Positions 10,501 through 19,860 of a stretch of DNA of 64,000 nucleotides are shown one piece after another. The notes beneath the pieces are model-generated. The model worked only from the letters and a program-made list of their open reading frames with translations. It was not told the origin of the DNA and did no database searches. Position numbers and translations under genes: made by a program. Location: positions 64,001 to 128,000 of the IMG/VR virus record IMGVR_UViG_3300034358_000044; one strand, written 5' to 3'. Within the stretch, counting starts at the first letter, position 1; the number at the start of each line of letters is the position of its first letter. Source of the stretch: a virus.

Positions 10501-12089
10501 CCTTCCCGGTGGACCCCATCTCGGACCTGGCCGGTCTCGAAGTCAACCCGGCAACGGGGAAGTTCTATGCCGTTGGGGACTCGGTCGAGGCCTTCGCCGC
10601 TCTCTGCAAGGGCGTGGAGGTGACCGACTACCTCACCAGGACTGAGAGCAACCTGAGTGGGCCAGCCATTCTTCGGCAGTTCCACACGGCCAGGCTTCGT
10701 GCGAACGACAGCATCTTCGACATCAACGAGCTCAGTCTTCTCTCGGCATTCCTGAAGCGCATCACTCCGTCGTATGTCTCGCTGGTGATTACGACGGCCT
10801 CTGAGTTCAGGGACGCAGTCTCGATCACCGACGCTACCTACAGGAGGCTGGCCTCTGGTAGCTCCAGTTCGTCCTTCATCGTGGACCAGGTGGCAATGAA
10901 GGTGCCCATCGTCCCCAAGTTCGACTTGGTGGACTTCTCCGGGAACTACGTCAGCTTCTTCGATGCAGGTATGGCGTGGATGCGCTTCAGCCGGTCTTCT
11001 TCGCTTACGACGTCAGGGGATGTTGCCTCCTACGCGCCTGGCGGCTTCCTTACCTCCACGTCGAATGATGGTCCCGTAGTGAGAGTCGGGGACACCCTCC
11101 TCATCTACTCCGGCCTCAATCAGGGAACCTACTCCATTACGGCGGTCACCGACTCTTCAGTCACGGTCTCAGGTCTTCCTTCGGCTGGTTTCGAGATTGC
11201 TACGCAGGGCTTTGCCATTCTCAGGTACCCCACTGGGGAAGTTCGTAGAGGCACCTGCATCTCTGATGGCGCTGGGACGGTGACAGCCGAAGCTGGACTG
11301 CACGCGGACGGAGTAGCTCCAGGGGATACCTTCATCACGCAGGACGGCTTCCGTGCAGTAGTCCTGGATGTTGGACCGCATGCAGATGCCTATGACGGAG
11401 TGGGTGGGCTGACCTCTGCCCTCGGGAATGGAATGATGAGGGTCTCTCCTGCAATCCCGGCTGGTACAGGGAAGAGCTACCGCATCTACCGAGAAAGCTT
11501 CCTGCAGGCCCCATACCCCGACGACTCAGGAGTCCTTCACAGTACTGGCTCTGGGTATACCTCTCTCAACAACGTGTTCTTGAAGGCCCTGCTGAACGTG
11601 GGTGATGAGCTGCAGGTTCAAGGACCCTCCCTCCAGAGAGTGACTGTTCTCGATCCGGTCAACCTCGTCATCATTCCTGTTCTCTCTGCTGGAGACTACA
11701 CGGTCTTGCTCTGCAGGAAGAATGGAATGGGTGGTCCCATTTCGTGGGACCACGTCGCCAAGTTCGCGCCTCAGGACTCAGCAGATATTGCTCTCTTCGA
11801 ACCTCAGAGCATTGCTTCCTGCACGGGAGGATCTGCTGTTGTGAATCTCGTTCAAGAGAGAACAACGTCTTCTGCTCTTGGAACTACGAGCCCTCCTGCA
11901 TCAGTAGACACGAGCCTGGCCAAGCCAGGAGATTTCGTCATTCTACTTTCTGGTGCCAACTCGACAGTGGATGTAGGGTATGGCCTTGGGGTGTACCCAG
12001 TGAAAGAAGTCACCCCCACCAACGTGAAGGTCACCACCATGATGGCGAACTCTGGAACGTCGTCGTGGAAGCTTCTGAGGCGGAGATGA
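7578..12089 (+). CDS. Baseplate/tail structural protein, 1503 aa, with N-terminal PKD-like segment
   Basis: PKD-like motif (YSWRFISVPIGS...FSPDVVGEYVVGLTVSN); ILLGLPF and AFLKRITPSY segments resemble wedge proteins; coupled to upstream gene. Confidence 0.6.
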   Translation: MMLAFINGSTVFERKVPIAVPMADPAYGVIGSVIRLNGQSSVDPEPVEGRSGSDGVTTATTGNTISALSGAFSGVDYGRIIRIDGADRGSYLISGILSDSEVVVTRPDGGGVNLGSSSSLSWSIDDFFTYSWRFISVPIGSRVVIEGFRPLYPDLSLVSFSPDVVGEYVVGLTVSNAVHSSVEVTTRVSIRAILVPHGRGLVPDGKFIWSYIRDVWQEVANKEVFETFWSALIQICGAELLKLYQADFNKSIRDIQELYQRRWLSYEPKLNLVEADCTFYLGNSAAGSGGTSKPLALSGQAVVASSGEVIVVSGSVLPDVYGATFRIVMDVMAPGNVGSYPLQGANLSKTGYLLALDPPSVPGPNPLPGKVVSGLQFVFDAHSTSWTMGTEEADGGSYTLGIVEGTTPLDWLTEIYSGSGGGSVIPVYVGDVIYYPSGLNAGYYRVVEKSGSYVVVDHASTVASEVGVMADVYRPVEYELLPAEALPETVSSFALPYEGNEVVTPLASGRVITVGGRAYPVLRVFMDETQGVSMVVVVTDGGALLVGQVGMPWRVANTLESSSQNFEELGVSPGDRIEFDVTNDNANLISSVPGQVVGVVGKRLSFVLTIAPLTDGVVPAIPKETYQKLASDFVVSGVSELQDGTLKFSGAAAAVLDTIGSELFHRSYWNTPLTSTTDFKILNGVFHVHPKFIIRNSRVPVDDSLRSVPVLQDWVVQPTTTTRAGKTYQLKNEKEYLLSTPPVSLIENSDFLVDGELAFSGSMTFDSGTDLMLVETGHFLNRGVQAGDTVEIASPASLAGSYTVLSVLSNFLLKLNRPIPKYVISTQVTARLVIRRRTGGRYIRFIPGEFTAAAPAPNRLWAEVSLFDNRPSIEDNFGILVGLTQSDLEAVSTNINYRQAVAGLMFAYTRGSAISKIRLGAQILLGLPFAEHRGIIRSIEGDYRLDDEGTPTLGRLLIEDTDQAGKALGTMRVYTFPVDPISDLAGLEVNPATGKFYAVGDSVEAFAALCKGVEVTDYLTRTESNLSGPAILRQFHTARLRANDSIFDINELSLLSAFLKRITPSYVSLVITTASEFRDAVSITDATYRRLASGSSSSSFIVDQVAMKVPIVPKFDLVDFSGNYVSFFDAGMAWMRFSRSSSLTTSGDVASYAPGGFLTSTSNDGPVVRVGDTLLIYSGLNQGTYSITAVTDSSVTVSGLPSAGFEIATQGFAILRYPTGEVRRGTCISDGAGTVTAEAGLHADGVAPGDTFITQDGFRAVVLDVGPHADAYDGVGGLTSALGNGMMRVSPAIPAGTGKSYRIYRESFLQAPYPDDSGVLHSTGSGYTSLNNVFLKALLNVGDELQVQGPSLQRVTVLDPVNLVIIPVLSAGDYTVLLCRKNGMGGPISWDHVAKFAPQDSADIALFEPQSIASCTGGSAVVNLVQERTTSSALGTTSPPASVDTSLAKPGDFVILLSGANSTVDVGYGLGVYPVKEVTPTNVKVTTMMANSGTSSWKLLRRR

Positions 12090-12745
12090 GCATGTTCAAG
12101 GACTTCGTCCAAGTTGCAGACAGGGGCTTCGCTCGTCTTCGTACCAGGGCTGGTGAACTCATCGCTGGGAGGGAGTTCGAGGAGAAGACCGTTGTTGAGG
12201 TGAAGGGGTGGGTCACTCTCTGTCTCAGGGAGCGCGGCAAGGTGGTGCCAGGAAGTCATCGCTCGGCCCACAACATCTGGACCAACACCGGGCGAGAGTA
12301 CCTGGCACTGGCCATGGCCCTCGCTGACGCCGACAACGCTTTCCGAAAGGATGCGGTCGCCTACATCGGTGTGGGCACTGGGGCAGCACTGGAGGACGTC
12401 AACGTTCTCAACCTGGTCAACCCCGTCGCCTACGCCCCCTCCCTCTTCCTCGCCGCTCTCGACATCCCGCCGACCTTCCCGCTGACCCCCACCCGCACGA
12501 CCGTCCGCTTCAAGAAGACCTTCGCGGAGGATGAGATCACTCTCTCATCCGGGACGGTCCTCGTCAGTGAGATGGGGCTCTTCACCAACGGATCACCCAT
12601 CGCTGTTCCAGCCTACGCATTCGGGACTCGGGATGTGACGTTCGCCAACCGAATGAGTCAGGCCCCAGTAGCCTACAAGGCTTTCGAGCCCGTTCCGAAG
12701 ACCAACGCCCTGCAGCTCGAAATGTCTTGGGAAATCCGTCTGTAA
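12086..12745 (+). CDS. Tail fibre/collar-associated structural protein
   Basis: ATGA-coupled start at 12086; HNIWTNTGREYLA...YIGVGTG...SEMGLF pattern typical of tail-fibre base proteins. Confidence 0.6.
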   Translation: MSMFKDFVQVADRGFARLRTRAGELIAGREFEEKTVVEVKGWVTLCLRERGKVVPGSHRSAHNIWTNTGREYLALAMALADADNAFRKDAVAYIGVGTGAALEDVNVLNLVNPVAYAPSLFLAALDIPPTFPLTPTRTTVRFKKTFAEDEITLSSGTVLVSEMGLFTNGSPIAVPAYAFGTRDVTFANRMSQAPVAYKAFEPVPKTNALQLEMSWEIRL

Positions 12746-12758
12746 AAGAGGCCAGCAC

Positions 12759-15700
12759 ATGATGGACTACTTCAGGAGACCTGCTCTTGCAGGCAACACC
12801 CTCACTCGTACCAACCGCGCCATCATTCGCGGCAACGTACGAAGGGCAGATGCTGACGGTCTCAGCACCGTTCCCTACTTCCCTGGTGCCACCGCCGGGA
12901 AGACCATCATTGTGTCGGTGGATGGTGGACCTCCGACCACTGTCACCCTCTCTGACATCAATGCCGCCGGGAGCAGCCTTGTCTCCGCGTTGATGGACCT
13001 GACTGCCGCTCTACCTGGTGCTGAGTCGTTCGATTCAGATGGGTCCATCTCCATTCGATCGAAGTCGGCTGCATGGGGAGCCGCCATCGAGGTGGTGGGA
13101 GGAACGGCTGCCACTGCCCTTGGGTTCGACGTTGTCCTGGAGACGATTCGTTCGACGCTGGGAGACTTCCCCAGCTCTCCAGAAGGGCGCGTCGGGAACC
13201 CCTTCGGCACCGCCTTCCTGACCAAGGGAGAGGGCTTCAGTGCAGAGTCCGTCAACCGGGGCCTGGCTCGGGTCGCTGCCAACACGGACGTTCTTCATGC
13301 GGACCTTCAGCGGGAGGACATCGTCATCAGGAAGGTGGACTGCTCAGTTCTGTCCGTCTCTGAGTTGGTAGTTGAGCCCACCACGAGGGTCTTCACTGGG
13401 CTAGGAGTGCTTTCTGGAGCCTCCACCAAGGAAGAACTCTCGAAGTACTTCTTCTTGGTGGATCCAGTCACCCACCTACCGCCGGCAAGCCGAGTGACGG
13501 GTCTGCGCACCGTCGCGAATGGCAACGTTCTTGGGGTGTCAGTCAGCAAGGTCTCGGCCCCCATTTCCTCCATCGCCAGTGGGAGGGTGTTGCAGTGCCC
13601 TGGAGCACAGTTCGTCTCTGGTGGAGGCGTCGTCCCTGGAGACTTCGTACTCATCACTGGAGCTACGAACACCGTTCCCTGGAACAACAACGGTCTCCGC
13701 TGGGTGGTAGAAGAAGTCACAGACGATGCCGTCTCCGTCAGACCGATGTCGAGCTCAGAGCTCTCCCTGGTTGGAACGACGGTGACTGAAGAGCACCCCA
13801 TCCTAGAGCTCAACGGTTCGGGAACCGGGTTCGGTACAGTCGGAGTCCGCTCCGGCTCGTTCGTAAGTGGGGTCCATGTCATGGTGGATCCTCCTCTTCC
13901 TGAGGGGGCTACCTACGACCTCTACGTCGCAGTCCCAAGCAGTGTTCACTCCAGAAAGAAGTTCGAGTCTCAGGCTGGGGCAATCGCCAATGCGTACTTC
14001 GCGTCTGACCATCGACCAGTACCCAACGGTATCCTCTCTGCGCCCAGTGCAACGTTCTCCAGCTCCTCGCTTTCCCTCACAGAGGGGTACGCTCGCTTCT
14101 CTGGACGAGTCGTCCGTATTCAGCCTCGTACTTTTGTAGGAGGAGAGTTCGACTCTGCCGGTCCTGGGCTCGTCGATCCGCTCTACGGGGCCATCAACTT
14201 CATCTACTGGGATGAGAACGCCAATGAGGTGAGGACGACGAGGAACCCCATTGGGGTCTTCAACTCAGATCCATCCCAGGCCCCTGGGAACGCCTTCACT
14301 GGAACCAGGACGTCTCAGCATCTTCTCTACACCGTCTGCAAGAGTGGGAGTGTACTCACCAAGTACGCCCCTGCCCCTCGGGTATTGGAGCATGAGTCTG
14401 GTTCTGTGACCGTGGGAATCGGCGGGCAGTTCCGGTTGCTGGAAGACGCCATCACCTACCTTGGCACTGTGAGCGACGCCAACGGGCGTCGGTCTGACGC
14501 CCTCTCCCAGTTCGAGATAGTCCTGCTCAGTGACGTACAGTTCGTCCTGCAGCTCCCGGACATCAACTTCTCCGTGAAGATTCGTGGAGCTCGACCTGGG
14601 ACTCGCATCGTCTCCAACGCGGGGCAGGACAACCTACCCTACTTGAGTATCGGCTCCGACAACGTACCGGTGACGGTCGTCTTCGAGGACCTGGAGTGGT
14701 TCAACGAGACGGTTGCCGGGACCCTGACATCGACTCTCATCAAGGCTGGGACCGGCTCGACCGTCATCTTGAGTCGGGTCACGAGTTCTGGACCTGCCGG
14801 TGCCTTCATCGAGTCGAAGGGTCTGGGGCTTTCCGTACACGACTGCTCCTTCCGCGACCTTCGGTACACCTTCCTCAAGAGCTCTGAAAGGAATCTCCGG
14901 GTCGACATCACCAACTCCAAGTTCCGCCGCAGCGCCAACATGTGGACGGACCCGGAGCCCTTCCCCTCCATGTTCTATACCGTGGATGGAGAGGTCTTCG
15001 CATGCCACTCTCTCGTTGTCCGAGGCTGTGACTTCTACAACCTCACCTCGGAACAGGCCTACGATACAGAGCCTGTCGTCGGCCGTTTCGGTTGCGGACT
15101 GGTCCTCTTCGATGGGTGCTCGTTCACCTCCGATGACACCAATCCGATCTCTCAGAACTCGTGCCTCTTCAAGCACACCACGGATGCGATCAGTTCGAAC
15201 AGTGCCGCGTCCTTCATCGTCTCCAACTGCCACTCACCAGCTCCCACCAGAGTTTTCATCGACTCTGATGCGCGTGAGGGGTGCCTCATCGAGAACTCGT
15301 ACATCGAAGTCGAGCCGTACAGCACCGTTCCAGGTCTTCGAGCTCCAGTCATTCGTGGTTGCCACATCCAAGGTAAGGGGGATGGCAATGGGACCTACGG
15401 GACGCTCGTCGAGGTTCTGAAGGAGTTCAGCGGGAACAAGGTCACTGGGTGGAGCTCTGTAGGAGTCTCCAACTCGAAGAACGTTCTCGGTCCTTGTTCG
15501 ATTTCTGACAACGACATCGCGACGGTCTACGAGGTCGCCATTCAGGCTGCGACCTACAACTCCTCTCCCGTACTCATCGAGCGCAATCAGGTCTCTCTGG
15601 CGAGTAACAATTCGACCGCCATCAAGGCGTTCGACGGTCCTACGCTCCTCACCCATGGGACGATCAACGACAACATCATTCTCCTCGACAACGCCTCGGC

Positions 15701-18035
15701 CGTTGCCGGTATGGTGGGAATCGACCTCTGGGGTAGCCCGACGGTAGCCAGTAACCAGATTCGATTCCTCCTTCTGAACGTATCGTCTCAATCTGACGGC
15801 CACACTGGCATCAAGCTTCGAGATGGAGGTGCGGCCTCCTGCCCAAGACTCATCGGCAACTCCATTCACTTCGACATGGGAAACAGCGTCGCAGTGTCTA
15901 TCGAAGGTGGAGCGAACTGCCACCTCCTGGGGAACTTCATCGAGGCCAAGCAGATGGCCCTCAAGTTCGACACCCCCACCAAGTCCTTCAACAGAGTGGT
16001 TGAGGGAAACACCATTCGATCCTCTGATACAGCCGTAGAGTGGCTGGCGGCATCGAGGTTCTCCAGCAATAACGTTCATGGTGGGGTGACTTCGGCCTAT
16101 CAACTTGCGGACGTTGTCAGCCAGAACTACTTCGACGGCTCTACCGCCATCGGCGGGGCAAGCCCTTGTGAGATTTCTGGCAACTCCTTCCGAGACCAGT
16201 TGATTGTTGATGGAAGCGTAGTGTCCTTCTTGGACAACTACTGTGTTGGGATGTCCTACATCACGTTTGTTGATACAGGCCTTCAGCGATCCTGTGTCTC
16301 AAAGAACACTTTTCTGGGGGGAGCGCTGATCTCGTCTTCAGGTGCGGCCCTGGTTGACGGGAACAGCTTCGTTGGGACCGGGTACTCCATCAACGCCTCT
16401 CGTGCGGACGTTTGCAGAAACTCTTTCCGGTCAGATACCTCTGGGTATGTAGCCACGATCGGTTCGTCGACCAACAGTACTCTCTTCACCGACAACTACG
16501 TCGAGTACCCCGTCACATTCAACAGCTCGGCCTACCTCGCTATCGAGAGGAACTTCTTCTGCCGTGGAATTACTGTGGCGGCGGTCGACGTCTTCAACCA
16601 CAACTACTTCAGGGGCGATGCTTCCGCGCTCAGCAACACCCTCACGATTACCGGAAGAAACGCCAACGGGGTTGCTACGTCTCCGGCTGTTGGAAACGTC
16701 ATCAACGACGTTGCCCCAGGAAGCACCTTCTCGAATCTCTTGATCAGTGGGATGCGTTTCATTTGCACCAGCACGACCGCTGTCGTCTTCAGCGGGTGCC
16801 ACATCTCCAACTCGTTCATCAGTGCGATCAAGGCCACCTTCACCTACTGCTACGGGGCCTCTACCACTTTCGCAATCGCAGTGGCTCCGGCAGGACTTCT
16901 CACCATCACGGAGAGCACTCTCTCATCCTGTTTCTTCTCGAACGCTACCGCAACTACGGTAAACGCCCAGAACACGGTCTTGTCGGCTTGTACGAGTAGT
17001 GGTGGTCTGTTGATTACGGGACCGTCCGCTCTCCTCACCATCACCGGGTGTGTCATCGGTGGGGCTCTGTTTGTAACCGGACAGAGTGGTCGTTTGGACC
17101 TGGACTCGACTCGTGTCGGTGGAAACCTCAACGCCTCCGCCCACCTGAACCTCAAGGTCACAGGATGCACGGTGTATGGGTCTACCTCCCTGACGGCTGC
17201 GAACCTGAGCATCTACTCATCTGAGCTCGAAGGGGCTTCTCAAATAGCTCTCGCAGCTTCCACTCTTGTTCTTGAAGGAGTGGAGACCCCTGGCTACTTC
17301 CTCATCTCTGAGTACGCCGCCAGTAGCCTTCGGAACATCGCCATCCGTGGGTGCAAGTGCCATGGCATCGCCATCGCATCACCTGTCAACTACCCCAACG
17401 TCTCGATCTCCAACAACACCATTCTCGTTGACTCGACGGACTCCTTCATCATCTCCGGTATCGACGTTCGGAGGGGGACTGTAAATGACGACGCCGTTGC
17501 GGGTCCGACTGCTGGAACTCAGTACGGATGGTTCATCACCGGCAACCGGATAACGGTCTTCTCGGGGTACAACTCTGCGCTGGTTGGTGGAGTGACCCAC
17601 TGCATTCACTTCGCCACTACGGCGGCCTCTGAGTTCTTCTACAACGTCACCATCTCGAACAACCTTTTCTTCCTGTTCGCTGCTGGTCCGTTCACTGGAA
17701 TCGTGGCCCCCACTCGCAGCATTGGAGTCATCTTCGTCGATCAGCACCACAACTCCTCCCTTCAAGACATCAGCATCGTGGGAAACAAGATTCTCAAGCC
17801 TGCGGACCATTTGAGTTTTGGAGCCCCAGCAGTCGCTGTCGATTCGTACTACTTCAAGACTGTCACAGGTGCCGCCGTAGGTACGATAATGCGCCACTTC
17901 ATCAGTGGAAATGATATGCACATTCACGGTTCCTCCGGCTGGGCACTGGGTGGGAGTCCAAGTAACTTTGGAAGAACTGGCGAAACCTGGGTTAGCGCCG
18001 CTACAATTTCCTTCGCCATCAACGACGAAAATTAG
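12759..18035 (+). CDS. Tailspike/tail fibre with right-handed beta-helix (pectin-lyase-like) repeats, 1758 aa
   Basis: VTVGIGGQFRLLEDAI motif then many Asn-ladder repeats (ISDNDI, IERNQV, INDNII, VASNQI, IGNSIH, VEGNTI, ISNNTI, ITGNRI). Confidence 0.75.
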   Translation: MMDYFRRPALAGNTLTRTNRAIIRGNVRRADADGLSTVPYFPGATAGKTIIVSVDGGPPTTVTLSDINAAGSSLVSALMDLTAALPGAESFDSDGSISIRSKSAAWGAAIEVVGGTAATALGFDVVLETIRSTLGDFPSSPEGRVGNPFGTAFLTKGEGFSAESVNRGLARVAANTDVLHADLQREDIVIRKVDCSVLSVSELVVEPTTRVFTGLGVLSGASTKEELSKYFFLVDPVTHLPPASRVTGLRTVANGNVLGVSVSKVSAPISSIASGRVLQCPGAQFVSGGGVVPGDFVLITGATNTVPWNNNGLRWVVEEVTDDAVSVRPMSSSELSLVGTTVTEEHPILELNGSGTGFGTVGVRSGSFVSGVHVMVDPPLPEGATYDLYVAVPSSVHSRKKFESQAGAIANAYFASDHRPVPNGILSAPSATFSSSSLSLTEGYARFSGRVVRIQPRTFVGGEFDSAGPGLVDPLYGAINFIYWDENANEVRTTRNPIGVFNSDPSQAPGNAFTGTRTSQHLLYTVCKSGSVLTKYAPAPRVLEHESGSVTVGIGGQFRLLEDAITYLGTVSDANGRRSDALSQFEIVLLSDVQFVLQLPDINFSVKIRGARPGTRIVSNAGQDNLPYLSIGSDNVPVTVVFEDLEWFNETVAGTLTSTLIKAGTGSTVILSRVTSSGPAGAFIESKGLGLSVHDCSFRDLRYTFLKSSERNLRVDITNSKFRRSANMWTDPEPFPSMFYTVDGEVFACHSLVVRGCDFYNLTSEQAYDTEPVVGRFGCGLVLFDGCSFTSDDTNPISQNSCLFKHTTDAISSNSAASFIVSNCHSPAPTRVFIDSDAREGCLIENSYIEVEPYSTVPGLRAPVIRGCHIQGKGDGNGTYGTLVEVLKEFSGNKVTGWSSVGVSNSKNVLGPCSISDNDIATVYEVAIQAATYNSSPVLIERNQVSLASNNSTAIKAFDGPTLLTHGTINDNIILLDNASAVAGMVGIDLWGSPTVASNQIRFLLLNVSSQSDGHTGIKLRDGGAASCPRLIGNSIHFDMGNSVAVSIEGGANCHLLGNFIEAKQMALKFDTPTKSFNRVVEGNTIRSSDTAVEWLAASRFSSNNVHGGVTSAYQLADVVSQNYFDGSTAIGGASPCEISGNSFRDQLIVDGSVVSFLDNYCVGMSYITFVDTGLQRSCVSKNTFLGGALISSSGAALVDGNSFVGTGYSINASRADVCRNSFRSDTSGYVATIGSSTNSTLFTDNYVEYPVTFNSSAYLAIERNFFCRGITVAAVDVFNHNYFRGDASALSNTLTITGRNANGVATSPAVGNVINDVAPGSTFSNLLISGMRFICTSTTAVVFSGCHISNSFISAIKATFTYCYGASTTFAIAVAPAGLLTITESTLSSCFFSNATATTVNAQNTVLSACTSSGGLLITGPSALLTITGCVIGGALFVTGQSGRLDLDSTRVGGNLNASAHLNLKVTGCTVYGSTSLTAANLSIYSSELEGASQIALAASTLVLEGVETPGYFLISEYAASSLRNIAIRGCKCHGIAIASPVNYPNVSISNNTILVDSTDSFIISGIDVRRGTVNDDAVAGPTAGTQYGWFITGNRITVFSGYNSALVGGVTHCIHFATTAASEFFYNVTISNNLFFLFAAGPFTGIVAPTRSIGVIFVDQHHNSSLQDISIVGNKILKPADHLSFGAPAVAVDSYYFKTVTGAAVGTIMRHFISGNDMHIHGSSGWALGGSPSNFGRTGETWVSAATISFAINDEN

Positions 18036-18043
18036 GAGGCACC

Positions 18044-18718
18044 ATGAGGTCGGTTCTACTCGCTGCAGTTCTTTGCTTCTCGGCCACTGCACTCGCTCAA
18101 GACGCAGGGGTGGCCGACTCTGGCATCTTCGACGCTGGGGTCTTCGACGCAGGAGCTCCTGCAGTTGCAGTAGTTCCTACCGACCCCACCATGACGACCT
18201 CCATCGGCGATGCCGGTGTAGAGGTGGTGGTGACGGTGCCGGCTACTACGACGCCCATCACCATCATGCTGCCGGACGGCGGCGTGGTGAGCAGCGACAA
18301 CATCCCAGGGATGAACGTCGCCTTCAAGAATATCTACCAGGGAGTGAAGACGGGCAACTGGTGGCTCGTCCTCGCCGCCATCGTGGTCCTCATCGTGGGC
18401 CTCTTCCGTATGTACGGAAAGAAGCTGCACGAGTGGATCCCCGACAAGAGCTTTGCGGACAAGCCCCTCTGGTTCGTCTTCGAGACCAAGCCTGGGGCGT
18501 GGATCCTCAACTGGGTCACCGCCATCGCGGTCGTGGTGGGCACTGCCATGGCCTCTGGAGCGCCAGTCGACTTCAACCTCTGGAAGACAGTCGTGGTGGT
18601 CTCCACCACTGGTACTGCCCTCTTCCAGCTCGTGGATGACATCGTGCAGTGGGTCCAGACCAAGAAGGCTCCTCCGGTGGATCCTGCAGCTCCAGTCCCA
18701 ACGACCCCGGTGAAGTGA
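18044..18718 (+). CDS. Membrane protein with signal peptide, DAG repeats and 3-4 TM segments (possibly holin-like)
   Basis: Signal peptide ending ALA-Q; hydrophobic stretches WWLVLAAIVVLIVGLF and WILNWVTAIAVVVGTAMA; immediately upstream of spanins. Confidence 0.55.
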   Translation: MRSVLLAAVLCFSATALAQDAGVADSGIFDAGVFDAGAPAVAVVPTDPTMTTSIGDAGVEVVVTVPATTTPITIMLPDGGVVSSDNIPGMNVAFKNIYQGVKTGNWWLVLAAIVVLIVGLFRMYGKKLHEWIPDKSFADKPLWFVFETKPGAWILNWVTAIAVVVGTAMASGAPVDFNLWKTVVVVSTTGTALFQLVDDIVQWVQTKKAPPVDPAAPVPTTPVK

Positions 18719-19029
18719 TGCAGTACCTTCCTCTGATTCTGGGCATCATCTCCGTCGTCCTTGGCATCGTTGTCGCCATCATGACTTCAGGGATGGCAGG
18801 TCTCAGGAAGGAACTCGGAGAGTCGCAGCAGAAGTTGGAAGACACCAAGCGTGAGCTCGGAGGGCAGCTTCAGCAGTCGAAGATTCAGCTCGATGAAGCT
18901 GTCGCCAGCCGAGATCGCGTCATCACCGGACTGAAGACGGAAATCGACAGACTGGAGACAAGCCTTGCTGCGAATCATGATCCTGTCGTTGTTCGTGAGC
19001 GTCTCAGTCGGTTGCTCTCTGTGCCGTGA
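18718..19029 (+). CDS. Inner-membrane spanin (Rz-like)
   Basis: TGATG-coupled start; N-terminal TM (LPLILGIISVVLGIVVAIM) followed by coiled coil. Confidence 0.7.
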   Translation: MQYLPLILGIISVVLGIVVAIMTSGMAGLRKELGESQQKLEDTKRELGGQLQQSKIQLDEAVASRDRVITGLKTEIDRLETSLAANHDPVVVRERLSRLLSVP

Positions 19030-19333
19030 CTACTGCATCGACCATCCTGAGATTCGGTACATGCCGGCGGCCACCGACTGCCTGCCGGACCCGCCTCCCA
19101 GGGAGTGGCCTGTCGAGGCCACGGTGGATGCAACCTGCCCGGCCAACTTCGCCCTGTGCCTACAGGTAGACGCAGGACTGTCCCTGGAGCACAACCTGCT
19201 GGCCCTCAGGCGCTACTCCACAGAGGCCTGGGCCAGGTGTGGGGCTTCCGTCCCTGATGCCGGGGCTGGAGATGCTGGGGTTGCTGGGGCTGTTGATGCT
19301 GGCCGACTGGACGCTGGCTCAGGGGCCCGGTAG
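18977..19333 (+). CDS. Outer-membrane spanin lipoprotein (Rz1-like)
   Basis: Lipobox MILSLFVSVSVG-C; Pro/Cys-rich; overlaps the 3' end of the i-spanin in another frame. Confidence 0.7.
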   Translation: MILSLFVSVSVGCSLCRDYCIDHPEIRYMPAATDCLPDPPPREWPVEATVDATCPANFALCLQVDAGLSLEHNLLALRRYSTEAWARCGASVPDAGAGDAGVAGAVDAGRLDAGSGAR

Positions 19334-19753
19334 AAGGCTGATGGAGCTCGACGAGGAGAGGAAGGGGCTGGCGAAGAGCAGCTCCTCCACCTTCTGAATC
19401 AGCGCAATGCGTCGTAGGGGCTTCTCCATCACCACGGTGGCCCCGGCCTGAACCGCCTCCTGCTGGAGCTGCATGGATCCAGCAGTGATGGCGATGATGG
19501 GGATGGCCCCGAACTCCAGAGTGCCTCTGAGCTTCTTGATGAGCTGGATGCCACTCATCTTGGGCAACATCAGGTCTGTAATGATGAAGCCTGGCTGGAC
19601 CTTCTGGCAGAGATCCCATCCTGCCTCTCCGTCCATCGCCGTGAAGACCTGGTACTGGTCTCCCTCCATCGCGAAGAAGTCAGAAATCATCTTGCCGATG
19701 AGCTCTTCGTCATCGACAACAACCATCTTGAGAGTGGCCGGCTTCTGCGGCAT
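19319..19753 (-). CDS. Single-domain CheY-like response regulator receiver
   Basis: VVDDEE acidic pocket, ITDLMLP phospho-acceptor Asp, ITA and EKP motifs intact. Confidence 0.9.
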   Translation of the reverse strand: MPQKPATLKMVVVDDEELIGKMISDFFAMEGDQYQVFTAMDGEAGWDLCQKVQPGFIITDLMLPKMSGIQLIKKLRGTLEFGAIPIIAITAGSMQLQQEAVQAGATVVMEKPLRRIALIQKVEELLFASPFLSSSSSISLLPGP

Positions 19754-19794
19754 TGGGAGAGTCTACGCCTACCCGACCGAAGATGCCGAGAGCT

Positions 19795-19827
19795 AAAAAG
19801 GAAAGGCTCGAAACTTAGAGCCCTTCC
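19795..19827 (-). terminator. Intrinsic terminator downstream of rsr
   Basis: GGAAGGGCUC/GAGCCUUUCC 10-bp stem followed by U5. Confidence 0.75.
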
Positions 19828-19860
19828 CTCCGCAGCACCCGGCACAAAGTGCAGGTGCTA

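Noticed and set aside
11744-12085. N-terminal extension of the 333-aa ORF
   Set aside because: It overlaps the 1503-aa gene; the coupled ATGA start at 12086 is more plausible
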